A DNA stretch of 32,000 nt from contig NZ_CP047931.1 in NCBI RefSeq assembly GCF_014280175.1, positions 1,890,001-1,922,000 of the forward strand, given 5' to 3'. This document shows positions 1 through 9,821 of this stretch, one piece after another; positions within the stretch are counted from its first letter, which is position 1; every line of letters begins with the position of its first letter. This DNA is from Synechococcus sp. A15-28. GTDB taxonomy: Bacteria > Cyanobacteriota > Cyanobacteriia > PCC-6307 > Cyanobiaceae. The position numbers and the translations under genes were made by a program. The notes under the pieces were generated by a model. That model did not search any database. It worked only from the letters and a program-made list of their open reading frames with translations, and was not told the origin of the DNA.

Positions 1-2892
1 GATCTTGAGGAGGTCTGGAGCATCGGCCGCGAGGAGAAGCCAGAGCTGGCCCGCAGTGTGGTGACAAGCCCAGTCCCCCAGGAGCTCAGAAACCGTGGTG
101 TTGAAGGCTTATCGCTCCGTGGTGAATTCGGTCGCTGGCTGAAGGCACGCGAACGCTGGCTCTCGGCAGAAGACCTCTACCGAACCCTGAAATGGAAGGA
201 CGACCTCTACCAAGAGGTGATGGGTCACATCCTCGAGATGCTGTCGGCATGGGGCCTTGTGAAGACCGTGGACGTGCGGCTTGGCCGCAAGGCTCGTGAG
301 GTGATGCAAGGTTGGCGCCTCAACAGCACTGCTCTGCGTTGGACTCTGGTGGACCCGGAATCACCACCTCAGGACCGCTACGCCGCGTGTTTGGAACAAG
401 TGCGGCAGAACAGTGGGCGACGTGGGCCGGTCAACCCCTACTTCCGAAGTCTCTACGCCGACCTCGCCCATCTGATCGCAACAGAAGGCCGACCATTCCT
501 GCAGACGCTGTCCGCACGGGAGCACACAGCCCAAGTGGATGCGAGTGAGCGCGAACGACGGGAAGATGACTTCCGCAGTGCTGCCCTGCGGCTGATGTAC
601 TGCTCACCCACGATGGAATTGGGCGTTGATATTTCATCGCTCAACACTGTTTACATGCGCAATGTGCCGCCCACGCCGGCGAACTATGCGCAGCGCAGCG
701 GACGCGCCGGCCGTAGCGGGCAACCAGCTCTGGTGTTGAGCTATTGCGGTGCCACCTCACCCCACGACCAGTACTTTTTTGCGGATCCAGTGCGGATGGT
801 GGCGGGTGCTGTAAGTGCTCCAACGCTGGAATTGGCCAATGAAGAGTTGCTCAAGGCCCACTTCCGGGCGCTTTGGCTGGCAGCCACTCGGCAGCGCCTG
901 CCCGGGAAGGTGAAGGAGCTGGTGAACATCAGTGCCCCAGGGCGGCCAGTTCAAGCAGAGCTGATGGAGGCCCTCTCCAGGGATGAGGCCTACCGCTCAG
1001 CCCAGGCTGATTGCCAGGCCATCGTTGACGACCTGATCGAGAAGCAATGCCTCGGAAGCACGCCACCGCCATGGCTCACAGGCAGCTGGCTAGAAGCGAT
1101 CACCCATGGCGCCGCGCTGGATTTCGAGGCCGCGCTCAGCCGCTGGCGTGAGCTTCTTGAGGCAGTGGATGGTCAGATCAACCAGGCACTCAAAGATCTG
1201 GGGAACCACGCCATCAGCGAGCGGGAGCGTCTGGCCGCCGACACCCGCCTCAAAGCAGCACGAATGCAACAACAGTTGCTGCTGGCGGATAAGCCAGGAA
1301 GCGGCAACAGCAACAACGACTTCAGCACCTATCGCTACCTGGCAAGCCAAGGCTTCATGCCGGGGTACAACTTCCCGCGTCTGCCGCTGATGGCGTACAT
1401 CCCTGGCACACGAGAACAAGTGGGCGGCGGCACTTACATCACTCGCCCGCGGTTTGTCGGCATCAGTGAATTCGGTCCCCACTCACTGATCTATCACGAG
1501 GGGAACACCTACAAGGTGAAAGGTGCACTGCTGGGGTTGCAGGACAACGCGGCTGCAGCCGGATCAGCCACCCTCGCCACGCAGGACGCCTTGGTGTGTG
1601 GGGCCTGCGGCCATGCCCATCTCGGTAATGCCGCTGAATCAGAACTGTGTTGCCACTGCGGCACACCGCTGAAGCTGCATCCCGAGGGCAAAGCCGTTCG
1701 GATCCCAAAGCTGTATCAAATCGAGCAGGTCACCACGAGGAGAGCTGATCGGATCACCTCCGACGACGAAGAACGGCAACGCCTCGGCTATGAGCTGATC
1801 ACCACCTACGAATTCCCCAAGGACAACGGGGTGGTGAAAGTGGCGAAGGCCCAGGTGAGCTGCGAGGGGCAGCCGTTACTGGAGCTCAGCTACGCACCAG
1901 CTACGCAGATCAGCCGGGTGAACCTCGGCTGGCGGCGGCGGGAGAACAAAAACGACATGGGCTTCCCGATCCACCCGATCAACGGACAGTGGGGCGGCGA
2001 GAAAGACATGCGTGGCGATGCGGCCGACGACGACGGCCCAGAAGTGGGCTTCGTGAAGATCACGCCCTACGTGCAGGACCGCAAAAACGCATTGTTGGTT
2101 CGCTTCCTCGGGGAATGGGAGCCGCAACAGCTGGTGAGCGTGAAGAGCGCGATCAAACGGGGCATCGAAGTGGCATTTCAGCTCGATGGCAGTGAGGTGG
2201 CAGCTGAGCTGATGCCCAACGAAGAATCAGCAACGGCGCTGCTGCTCTATGAATCAGCAGAAGGTGGTGCGGGCGTTCTAAGCCGACTGGTGGAAAGCGC
2301 CAGCGCTTTGCAAGCCGTGGCCAAAACCGCCCTCGAGATTTGCCACTGGAGTTGGGACGGCAAGGTGCCCGCCCTCGAATCCCAATTGATCAACTCAGAT
2401 CCCGACTGTGAGGCGGGCTGCTACCGCTGCCTGCTCGGTTATCACAACCAACGCGATCACGACCTGATTGATCGCCAGCTCACCGAGCTCAAACAAGTTC
2501 TGCTCGATCTGGCGCGCTGTGAACTGGTGGGCCAGGGCGGAGTGGATAGCCGCAGCGCTTTGCTGGAGCGGCTCAAGGGGCTAGCCGGCAGTGGTCTGGA
2601 AAGGCTCTGGCTCGACACCCTTTACCGGCATGGCCACACGCTTCCTGACAACGCTCAACAGGAGGTGCCGGGTCACTACGTCACCCCAGACTTCACCTAC
2701 AAAGAGGCTTGTGTTGTGGTGTTCATCGATGGACCCCATCACGAGAAACCACTGCAGCAACGGCTGGACCAGCAGAAGCGCCAGGGCCTGATCGATGCAG
2801 GGATCTCGGTTGTGGTGTTTACCCAGGACACCACTAGTTGGCCTGAGGTTTTAAGCGAATACAGCTGGTTGTTTGGTGAGGGGAAAGGTTGA
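1..2892 (+). CDS. SF2 helicase (C-terminal half) fused to a DUF1998/MZB-type zinc domain and a C-terminal DUF559/Vsr-like endonuclease-fold domain. It is DrmA+DrmB-like or DruE-like. The 5' end lies outside the window.
   Basis: Frame 1 is open from nt 1: DLEEVWSIGREEKPELARS precedes the GTG at 58, so track ORF 58..2892 is 5'-truncated by the window. Helicase motifs V/VI are TMELGVDISSLNTVYMRN and QRSGRAGRSG (nt ~691-720). The Cys clusters CGACGHAH..CCHCG and DPDCEAGCYRCLLGYHNQRDHDLIDR (nt ~2398-2475) fit the DUF1998 signature as I remember it. The last ~100 aa (TPDFTY..VVVFIDGPHHE..RLDQQKRQGLIDAGISVVVF) look like a DUF559/Vsr-type PD-(D/E)xK domain. Confidence 0.8.
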   Translation, partial: DLEEVWSIGREEKPELARSVVTSPVPQELRNRGVEGLSLRGEFGRWLKARERWLSAEDLYRTLKWKDDLYQEVMGHILEMLSAWGLVKTVDVRLGRKAREVMQGWRLNSTALRWTLVDPESPPQDRYAACLEQVRQNSGRRGPVNPYFRSLYADLAHLIATEGRPFLQTLSAREHTAQVDASERERREDDFRSAALRLMYCSPTMELGVDISSLNTVYMRNVPPTPANYAQRSGRAGRSGQPALVLSYCGATSPHDQYFFADPVRMVAGAVSAPTLELANEELLKAHFRALWLAATRQRLPGKVKELVNISAPGRPVQAELMEALSRDEAYRSAQADCQAIVDDLIEKQCLGSTPPPWLTGSWLEAITHGAALDFEAALSRWRELLEAVDGQINQALKDLGNHAISERERLAADTRLKAARMQQQLLLADKPGSGNSNNDFSTYRYLASQGFMPGYNFPRLPLMAYIPGTREQVGGGTYITRPRFVGISEFGPHSLIYHEGNTYKVKGALLGLQDNAAAAGSATLATQDALVCGACGHAHLGNAAESELCCHCGTPLKLHPEGKAVRIPKLYQIEQVTTRRADRITSDDEERQRLGYELITTYEFPKDNGVVKVAKAQVSCEGQPLLELSYAPATQISRVNLGWRRRENKNDMGFPIHPINGQWGGEKDMRGDAADDDGPEVGFVKITPYVQDRKNALLVRFLGEWEPQQLVSVKSAIKRGIEVAFQLDGSEVAAELMPNEESATALLLYESAEGGAGVLSRLVESASALQAVAKTALEICHWSWDGKVPALESQLINSDPDCEAGCYRCLLGYHNQRDHDLIDRQLTELKQVLLDLARCELVGQGGVDSRSALLERLKGLAGSGLERLWLDTLYRHGHTLPDNAQQEVPGHYVTPDFTYKEACVVVFIDGPHHEKPLQQRLDQQKRQGLIDAGISVVVFTQDTTSWPEVLSEYSWLFGEGKG

Positions 2893-2926
2893 TGTTTGAC
2901 AGCACAGACCGGCTCGGAGGCCACCT

Positions 2927-5896
2927 ATGACCCTTTCAACTCTTACCGCAAGTCCGGTCGACATCCCGAGCCCCGGTTCGATCGTGAAGGTGCGCGGGCG
3001 TGAGTGGATCGCCCTGCCACAGAGCAGCACTGAGAAGCAGGAGCAGGTGCTCAAACTTCGGCCCCTGGGAGGTGGAGATCAGACGATCGCCACCTTGTAT
3101 TGGCCGCTGGAGGGCGCAGCGGTGAAGCCGGCCAGCTTCGATCCGCCGGATCCAGCCCAAAGTGGCTCACAAAGTTCGGCGTTGCTGCTGCGGGATGCCC
3201 TGCTGCTCAAACTCCGCGCTGGCGCAGGGCCGTTCCGCAGCCTCGGCAATGTGGCCCTGGAGCCACGGCCCTACCAGCTGGTGCCGTTGTTGATGGCGCT
3301 GAAGCAAGCCGTCACCCGGGTGCTGATCGCCGATGAGGTGGGGCTTGGCAAAACCGTGGAGGCGTTGCTGATCGCCCGGGAGCTGTTGGATCGCGGCGAG
3401 ATCCGCCAGATCACCGTGATCTGCCCACCACACCTCTGCGAAAAATGGCGAGTCGACATGACCGGCCAGTTCAACCTCGCCGCAGAGGTGGTTCGTCCTG
3501 GTACCGCCCAGAAGCTGGAGCGAGGGCTGCCGGCGGGCAAGTCGATCTTCGATGTGATCCCGTTCACCGTGGTAAGCCTTGATTGGATCAAGAGCGATCG
3601 CAACCGGGAGAGCTTCCTGCGCAGTTGCGGTGAGTTCGTGATCGTTGATGAAGCGCACACCTGCGCGGCGCGCAAAGGTGGCGGACGCCAACAGCGCTTT
3701 GAACTGCTGCGTGGGTTGTCGGCCCAGCCCGATCGACATCTGGTGCTGCTCACGGCCACACCCCACAGCGGCGATACCGAAGCGTTTGACAACCTTCTAG
3801 CGCTGCTGGACCCGAAATTCTCCGGCTTGAGCGAGATGCCGGAAGGTCAACGGCGCAAGGACCTGCGCGATGACCTGGGCAACTACTTCGTGCAGCGGCG
3901 CCGGCAAGATCTCAAGGAGGAATGGGGCACCAACGGCGCCGACTTCCCGGACCGGGAAACACGGGAGGCGGAGTACAAGCTCTCGGGCGATTGGGCTGAG
4001 CTGTTTCACGACGTGCTCGGTTACGCCAAGGATCTGGTGCAACGCAGTGCCGGTGAGAGCAAGCTGCGACAGCGCATGAGCTGGTGGGCAGCTCTGGCGC
4101 TACTGCGCTGCGTGAGCAGCAGTCCGGCAGCGGCATCCGCCTCGTTGCGAACAAAGTTGCTCAACCTGCAAAGCGACACCAAAGGTGATCGCGACCGGGA
4201 TGACAACCAAGTTGCCGACGACCTGGAAGCCATGGCTGCCCTGGCGGTGCTGGATGGAGCCGACGAGGGATTCAGTGGAGAAGAAGCAGCACCCGGTGCT
4301 GATCTGGCCATTGCCGAAGACGAGGAGCAACTCCAGGATCTGATCGCTCGAGCCGATCTCCTGCGCGGCAAGGCACACGACCCCAAGCTCAAGCAGCTGA
4401 TCAAGGAGCTGAATGCCTTGCTCAAGGAAGGCTTTCGCCCGGTGATCTTCTGCCGTTTCCGGCCGACGGCGTATTACCTCGCCGAGCAGCTCAAAGAGGC
4501 ACTGCCAAAGCGCAGCCACGTGGTGACGGCGGTCACCGGTGATCTGCCACCAGAAGAACGCGTCTTGCGCATCCAGGAGCTGGAAGCTGAGGTCGCCAAC
4601 GAGAAAGTCCCGGTATTGGTGGCCACCGACTGCCTGTCGGAGGGGATCGACCTGCAGCACACCTTTGATGCGGTGGTGCATTACGACCTCTGCTGGAACC
4701 CCACCCGCCATGAACAACGGGAGGGCCGGGTGGACCGCTTCGGGCAGGCGCGAACAGCTGTTCGGGCGCTGATGTTGCACGGCGGCAGCTCCAATCCCGT
4801 CGACGATCGGGTGCGCACGGTGATCCTTGAAAAGGAGAAAACGATCCGCAAGGAGCTGGGGGTGAGCGTGCCGATCCCCGGCAATGCCAACTCAATCACC
4901 CAAGCCGTCCTCAGCAACATCCTGCAAGGACCAGCCCAGACCATTCAGGGGAGCTTTGATCTCGAGCTTGCGGGAGACACCACGACGCAATTGGCACTTG
5001 ACGCGACGATCGATGCTGAATGGACGAGTGCCAAAGACAACGCCAAGAAGAACCAGGCGATCTTTGCCCAACGGAGCCTCAAACCAGAGGAGGCGCTCGG
5101 CGAGTGGGAGCGGATGAAGGAGTCGTTGGGGAGTGAAGACGCCGTCGAGCGATTGGTGGTGAATGCCAGCCGGCGGCTCAACCTCCCAATCGGCCCCATC
5201 GGTGCAAGCCCCGGAACCTGGGAGCTGGATCTCAGCCGACTGCAAGACGACCGCACGGCCCTGCGGGAGCGCCTGCGCAATCACGACCTGGAGGGCAGGT
5301 TGCGCCTGAGCTTCCGCTCACCCGCTCAGGCTGGAGGCCAACTGCTCAGCCGCTCCCATCCGCTGGTGGTGGAACTTGCTGACTTTGTGGCCGAGCGTGC
5401 CCTCAGCGGCCTGGAACCCGAGTTGGCGGCTCGGGCCTCGGTGATTCGCACCAAAGCCGTGAGCCGCCGCACCCAGTTGCTGGTGCTGCGGCTGCGGCAT
5501 CAGCTGCATCAAGACCGTTGGACCGGGAATGGCTACGACGCACTCCCCGATCTGCTCGTGGAGGAATGCCTCACGGTGGAGGTCAAGGAGCAAAGCGTTG
5601 AACCGCTGGAGGGAGCCACCGCACTGGAACTGCTCGAAGCGGCACCCACGGGCAACGTGGACCCTGGCCAACGCCAGCAGTGGCTGAAGGATGCCGTCGC
5701 TGGTCTTGATGCCTTGCAACCGGCACTCAAGGCTCTGGCTGAACGGCGGGCCCAATTAGCAGAAGACGACCACCGCCGCGTCCGCGAAGCCTCCTTGCGC
5801 CGCGGTGAATCGCTGCGGATGCGCTTCAACTGCGAACCCGCCCCGGCCGTGGATGTGATCGGCCTGTTCCTGCTGCTTCCTGCCCCAACCCTTTGA
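2927..5896 (+). CDS. SNF2-family (SF2) helicase/ATPase, DISARM DrmD-like
   Basis: 989-aa ORF with GGAGG about 9 nt upstream of the ATG at 2927. A full motif set is present: I ADEVGLGKT (nt ~3329-3355), II VIVDEAH (nt ~3638-3658), III LLTATPHSG, V VLVATDCLSEGIDLQ, VI HEQREGRVDRFGQ. It starts 34 nt after the upstream gene. Confidence 0.88.
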   Translation: MTLSTLTASPVDIPSPGSIVKVRGREWIALPQSSTEKQEQVLKLRPLGGGDQTIATLYWPLEGAAVKPASFDPPDPAQSGSQSSALLLRDALLLKLRAGAGPFRSLGNVALEPRPYQLVPLLMALKQAVTRVLIADEVGLGKTVEALLIARELLDRGEIRQITVICPPHLCEKWRVDMTGQFNLAAEVVRPGTAQKLERGLPAGKSIFDVIPFTVVSLDWIKSDRNRESFLRSCGEFVIVDEAHTCAARKGGGRQQRFELLRGLSAQPDRHLVLLTATPHSGDTEAFDNLLALLDPKFSGLSEMPEGQRRKDLRDDLGNYFVQRRRQDLKEEWGTNGADFPDRETREAEYKLSGDWAELFHDVLGYAKDLVQRSAGESKLRQRMSWWAALALLRCVSSSPAAASASLRTKLLNLQSDTKGDRDRDDNQVADDLEAMAALAVLDGADEGFSGEEAAPGADLAIAEDEEQLQDLIARADLLRGKAHDPKLKQLIKELNALLKEGFRPVIFCRFRPTAYYLAEQLKEALPKRSHVVTAVTGDLPPEERVLRIQELEAEVANEKVPVLVATDCLSEGIDLQHTFDAVVHYDLCWNPTRHEQREGRVDRFGQARTAVRALMLHGGSSNPVDDRVRTVILEKEKTIRKELGVSVPIPGNANSITQAVLSNILQGPAQTIQGSFDLELAGDTTTQLALDATIDAEWTSAKDNAKKNQAIFAQRSLKPEEALGEWERMKESLGSEDAVERLVVNASRRLNLPIGPIGASPGTWELDLSRLQDDRTALRERLRNHDLEGRLRLSFRSPAQAGGQLLSRSHPLVVELADFVAERALSGLEPELAARASVIRTKAVSRRTQLLVLRLRHQLHQDRWTGNGYDALPDLLVEECLTVEVKEQSVEPLEGATALELLEAAPTGNVDPGQRQQWLKDAVAGLDALQPALKALAERRAQLAEDDHRRVREASLRRGESLRMRFNCEPAPAVDVIGLFLLLPAPTL

Positions 5897-5899
5897 GCC

Positions 5900-8800
5900 A
5901 TGGCCCGCACCACCGCCACCGTCAGCTTTCAGGCACTCGAACTCAAAGGCAGCCTGCTTCCGGCATCCCTGCTTGAGGAGGTGTCCAAGTTCAGCCGCCC
6001 GAAGGAGCTTCTGTTGGAGCCGAAGGACTACGGCTTGGGCAAAGGCGAAGGCTTGCGGGAGCGGATCGATGCCGCCTGGGTGCTCACCAAAGAACTGTGG
6101 GAGGAGTACACCGATCTGAGCGATCGGGCGGGGAAGAGCATTGCAGGGCAGCACTTCGGTACCCGCTTGCTCAAGGAGGTGTTCGGCTGGAGGAGCACCC
6201 AACCCTGCAACGGCTGGCAGCAGGGCGAATCGCACTATCCGATCAACGCCCGCGCCTTTGATGGCGCGGTGCCCGTAATCCTGCGAGGGCTCGACCCAGA
6301 CGATCTCGATCGTGGCAGTGCCCAGTTCGGCCAGGAGGGGCGGAAGCGATCGCCCCATAGCTGCCTGCAGGAATGCCTCAACGCCGACGACGATGCGAAT
6401 TGGGGTGTGCTGCTCAGCGGCGATCGGCTGCGGCTGTTGCACGACAACCCCTCGCTGGTGAAACCTGCGTATCTGGCTGCCGATCTTGAGCTCTTGATCG
6501 AAGGCGGGCTGCACGCCGAATTCGCCGTGCTCTGGTTGCTGCTCCACTCCAGTCGTTTTCAGCACCCCCAAACGGGCAGCTGTGTTCTCGATGACTGGAA
6601 ACAACAGGCGGAAGCCTCCGGTGAACGGGTGCTCGGGGCCTTGCGCGGCGGCGTGCAGAGCGCCTTGGAATCACTGGGCTGGGGCTTCCTCAATCACCCA
6701 AGCAATGGCGAACTGCGGGAGGCGTTGCGAAGCGGACAACTCAGCCGCCAGCAGTTCCACGAGCAGCTGCTGCGCTTGGTCTATCGGTTCCTGTTCCTGT
6801 TCACCACAGAAGATCGCAACCTGCTTTTCCCCCGCGAAGTCGACAAGACTGACGCACGCCGGCGGATCTACCAGGAGGGCTACAGCGTCAGCCGGCTGCG
6901 GGAGCTGGCGATCAAGCGCAGTGCCTATGAAGGGGACTACGGCGATCTCTGGGAGCTGCAGCGGCTGGTGTTCCAGCAGCTGAGCATTGGCAACTCACCG
7001 CTCGGTCTGCCGGGCCTGGGCGGATTGTTCAGCCTGGAGCAATGCCCAGATCTGCAGGCCGCGGAGCTCTGGAATGGGCCCTTGCTGCGGGCGATCAAAG
7101 CGATCGGCTGGTTCGACGCCGACGGCAGCTTCACCCGGGTGCGCTACCGCGATCTCAACACTGAAGAGCTGGGCAGTGTGTATGAGGGCCTGCTTGAACT
7201 GCATCCCCAGCTGGAGCCGCAGGGCAGCCAATGGCAGCTCAGCTATGGCGGTGGTGCCGGCAGTGATCGCAAAACCACCGGCAGCTACTACACACCCGAT
7301 GCCTTGGTGCAGGAGCTGATCAAGAGCGCTCTGATCCCGGTGATCGACGACCGGCTCAGCAAGGCCCATGGCCAAGCGGAGCAGGAACAGGCTCTGCTGA
7401 ATATCAGGGTGATCGACCCGGCCTGCGGGAGTGGCCACTTCCTGTTGGCGGCGGCTCGGCGCTTGGCAGTGGCCCTCGCCCAGGTGCGCGCAGGCGATGA
7501 CCAACCCAGCGAAGACGACCGCCAGCACGCCCTACGCGATGTGGTGGCCCATTGCATCTACGCGGTGGACAAAAACCCAATGGCGGTGGAGCTGTGCAAA
7601 GTGGCGCTGTGGATCGAAGCGATTGATCCCGGCAAGCCGCTGAGCTTTCTGGATGCACACATCCAGTGCGGGGATTCACTGGTGGGGGTCTTCGACCCGA
7701 AGGTGTTGGAGGAAGGCATCCCGGATGGGGCCTACAAGCCACTCACCGGTGACAACAAACCGGTCTGCACGAGCCTGAAGAAAGAGAACGCCGCAGCACG
7801 CAAGACCATCAGCCGGCGCGGCTCCAATCGGGGCATTCAAGGGAGCTTGGCTCTCAGCGGCACGCAACCCCGCAGCCAGGGGCAACAGGACTTGCAGGCG
7901 ATCGAGGCCATGCCAGAAACCACCCTGGCAGAAACGGCGTCCAAGCAGGCTGCCTACGCCCAATGGCTCTCTGATCGAGGCCAGGATCCAGAGACGTTGG
8001 CTGCTGATCTCTACACAGCAGCGTTTTTCCTAGCGAAAACAAGCGATTCGCGCCCCACGGTGCCCACCACAGAGCACCTACTCAAACTCCTCGCTGGTCA
8101 ACCCGTTGATGAAGCGATGGAAGAGGCCGTTGTTGAGGCGGCCCAGAACTTCCGCTTCTTCCATTGGCACCTGCGTTTTGGCGAGGTGATGGAGCAAGGC
8201 GGCTTTGATTGCGTCCTGGGCAATCCGCCTTGGGAGCGAATTAAAATCCAAGAAAAGGAATTTTTTGCTCAGAAAGACGGCGAGATTGCCAAAGCAAAAA
8301 ACAAAAGTGAGCGAGCGAAGCTTCTCGAAGAGTCACTTTCAGGGAATCGCGGGAGACTTGCACTGGCTGCCGCGAATGAGTTTTTTGTAGCAAGGCGAAG
8401 CGCAGAGGCATCAGGCTTGATCGCGCGCTCTGCCCTTTTCCCTCTAACGAGCAAGGGCGACATAAACCTATACGCCTTATTCGCCGAACGATGCTGCCAA
8501 GCCTTGATATCCAGGGCAGGCATGTGCGGCGTAATCGTGCCAACAGGTATCGCCACAGATCTACCGTGCGCCGACTTTTTCTTTGATCTTATTAAAGACA
8601 GAAGAATCATATCAATCCTTGACTTTCGCAACAAAGGATTCTTCCCAGGCGCCGCTGGCGCACAAGGCAACCGCTTCTGCTTATTTACATTTGGGTCAAA
8701 AGATATCTCCAGACAAGACACACTTCTTGCATACAGGCTCGAGTCAATTGACGAATTACGTGACGAGCGCAGATTCTCTCGAATTACAGCTGATGACATA

Positions 8801-9820
8801 ACACTACTCAATCCCTCCTCAAGAACATGTCCAGTCCTAAGATCAAAGTTTGATTTTGAGCTAACAAAAAAGATCGCTCTTAGCAATACAAACCTAGATT
8901 CAAGCATCAGCGACTGGGATATTAACCTCGGGAGAATGTTTGATCTAGCCAATGACAGTGACTTGTTCAAGCAGGACGATCACAGCCTTGACATACCTGA
9001 CAATCACCTTCGACTTTACGAAGCCAAAATGGTTCATCAATTTGATCATCGTTTTGGCGATTACTCGCTAATTAAAAACCCGAAGCCACAGACGGTCAGG
9101 CAGCTTCCAAATCCATCTATAGATCTTTTAGCTGAAACGGGTTACATGGTCAGAGGAGCTTACTTAGTTGATCGGGAACACGTGGAATCATGGCTGGACG
9201 ATCAAGGATGGACGAGAAAGTGGCTTTTAGGCTGGAGAGATATCACCAGCGGCCTTGATGAAAGAACTGTAATCGCGTGTGCGTTACCTGTAGCCGCTTA
9301 CGGAAATACTCTCCCGCTGATGATGCCAAGACACACGGCAGTTGAAAGCTGCATTCTTCTCGGCCTTCTTAATTCGATTACATGTGATTACATTGCCAGG
9401 CAAAAAGTCGGTGGAGTCCACCTGACTTTCTTCATCCTTAGACAACTCGCAATACCTTCTCTTTATGGCATACCTAAAGGCTTAGGTTTCGAGTTGGCGA
9501 AGCGTGTAGCCGGCATTAGCTGCCATAGCAAAGATATGTTCGAACTTAGAGAAGAAATATCCTCTGATCTGCAACTGACTCTTATTCCCTTTGGGCACCC
9601 GCGGCTTGTTGCACGGGCTGAGATTGAAGCCATTGCTGCCAAGATCTACGGCCTAACAAGGGATGAGTTGCGTTACATCCTTGATCCCACTGATGTAATG
9701 GGGCCCGATTACCCTAGTGAGACCTTCAGGGTGCTCAAGAAAAATGAAATACGTGAGTTTGGTGAATATCGAACTCAACGGTTAGTACTCGAGGCGTGGG
9801 ATCGCCTATTCGGGAACTGA
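5900..9820 (+). CDS. Large gamma-class N6-adenine DNA methyltransferase (Eco57I/PglX/DrmMI-like) with a long C-terminal region, presumably for target recognition
   Basis: 1306-aa ORF starting 3 nt after the SNF2 stop. The AdoMet motif I is VIDPACGSGHFLLAAARRL (nt ~7409-7465). The catalytic motif IV is GNPPWERI (NPPW = nt 8222-8233). The size and motif order match type IIG/BREX/DISARM adenine methylases. Confidence 0.88.
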   Translation: MARTTATVSFQALELKGSLLPASLLEEVSKFSRPKELLLEPKDYGLGKGEGLRERIDAAWVLTKELWEEYTDLSDRAGKSIAGQHFGTRLLKEVFGWRSTQPCNGWQQGESHYPINARAFDGAVPVILRGLDPDDLDRGSAQFGQEGRKRSPHSCLQECLNADDDANWGVLLSGDRLRLLHDNPSLVKPAYLAADLELLIEGGLHAEFAVLWLLLHSSRFQHPQTGSCVLDDWKQQAEASGERVLGALRGGVQSALESLGWGFLNHPSNGELREALRSGQLSRQQFHEQLLRLVYRFLFLFTTEDRNLLFPREVDKTDARRRIYQEGYSVSRLRELAIKRSAYEGDYGDLWELQRLVFQQLSIGNSPLGLPGLGGLFSLEQCPDLQAAELWNGPLLRAIKAIGWFDADGSFTRVRYRDLNTEELGSVYEGLLELHPQLEPQGSQWQLSYGGGAGSDRKTTGSYYTPDALVQELIKSALIPVIDDRLSKAHGQAEQEQALLNIRVIDPACGSGHFLLAAARRLAVALAQVRAGDDQPSEDDRQHALRDVVAHCIYAVDKNPMAVELCKVALWIEAIDPGKPLSFLDAHIQCGDSLVGVFDPKVLEEGIPDGAYKPLTGDNKPVCTSLKKENAAARKTISRRGSNRGIQGSLALSGTQPRSQGQQDLQAIEAMPETTLAETASKQAAYAQWLSDRGQDPETLAADLYTAAFFLAKTSDSRPTVPTTEHLLKLLAGQPVDEAMEEAVVEAAQNFRFFHWHLRFGEVMEQGGFDCVLGNPPWERIKIQEKEFFAQKDGEIAKAKNKSERAKLLEESLSGNRGRLALAAANEFFVARRSAEASGLIARSALFPLTSKGDINLYALFAERCCQALISRAGMCGVIVPTGIATDLPCADFFFDLIKDRRIISILDFRNKGFFPGAAGAQGNRFCLFTFGSKDISRQDTLLAYRLESIDELRDERRFSRITADDITLLNPSSRTCPVLRSKFDFELTKKIALSNTNLDSSISDWDINLGRMFDLANDSDLFKQDDHSLDIPDNHLRLYEAKMVHQFDHRFGDYSLIKNPKPQTVRQLPNPSIDLLAETGYMVRGAYLVDREHVESWLDDQGWTRKWLLGWRDITSGLDERTVIACALPVAAYGNTLPLMMPRHTAVESCILLGLLNSITCDYIARQKVGGVHLTFFILRQLAIPSLYGIPKGLGFELAKRVAGISCHSKDMFELREEISSDLQLTLIPFGHPRLVARAEIEAIAAKIYGLTRDELRYILDPTDVMGPDYPSETFRVLKKNEIREFGEYRTQRLVLEAWDRLFGN

Positions 9821-9821
9821 T

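Noticed and set aside
3167-7528. Several 170-280 aa minus-strand ORFs inside the SNF2 and methylase genes (3167..3766, 3271..3792, 4100..4780, 5756..6604, 6995..7528)
   Set aside because: They are antisense shadows in high-GC coding DNA, and the plus-strand frames carry complete helicase and methylase motif sets.
8269-8970. A 233-aa minus-strand ORF in the AT-rich part of the methylase gene, notable because long ORFs are less expected in AT-rich DNA
   Set aside because: The translation is Ser/Arg/Leu-rich and typical of an antisense frame. The plus-strand frame is continuous with the upstream MTase domain, and I saw no independent start context or motif. It could be revisited if strand-specific RNA-seq or proteomics suggested otherwise.
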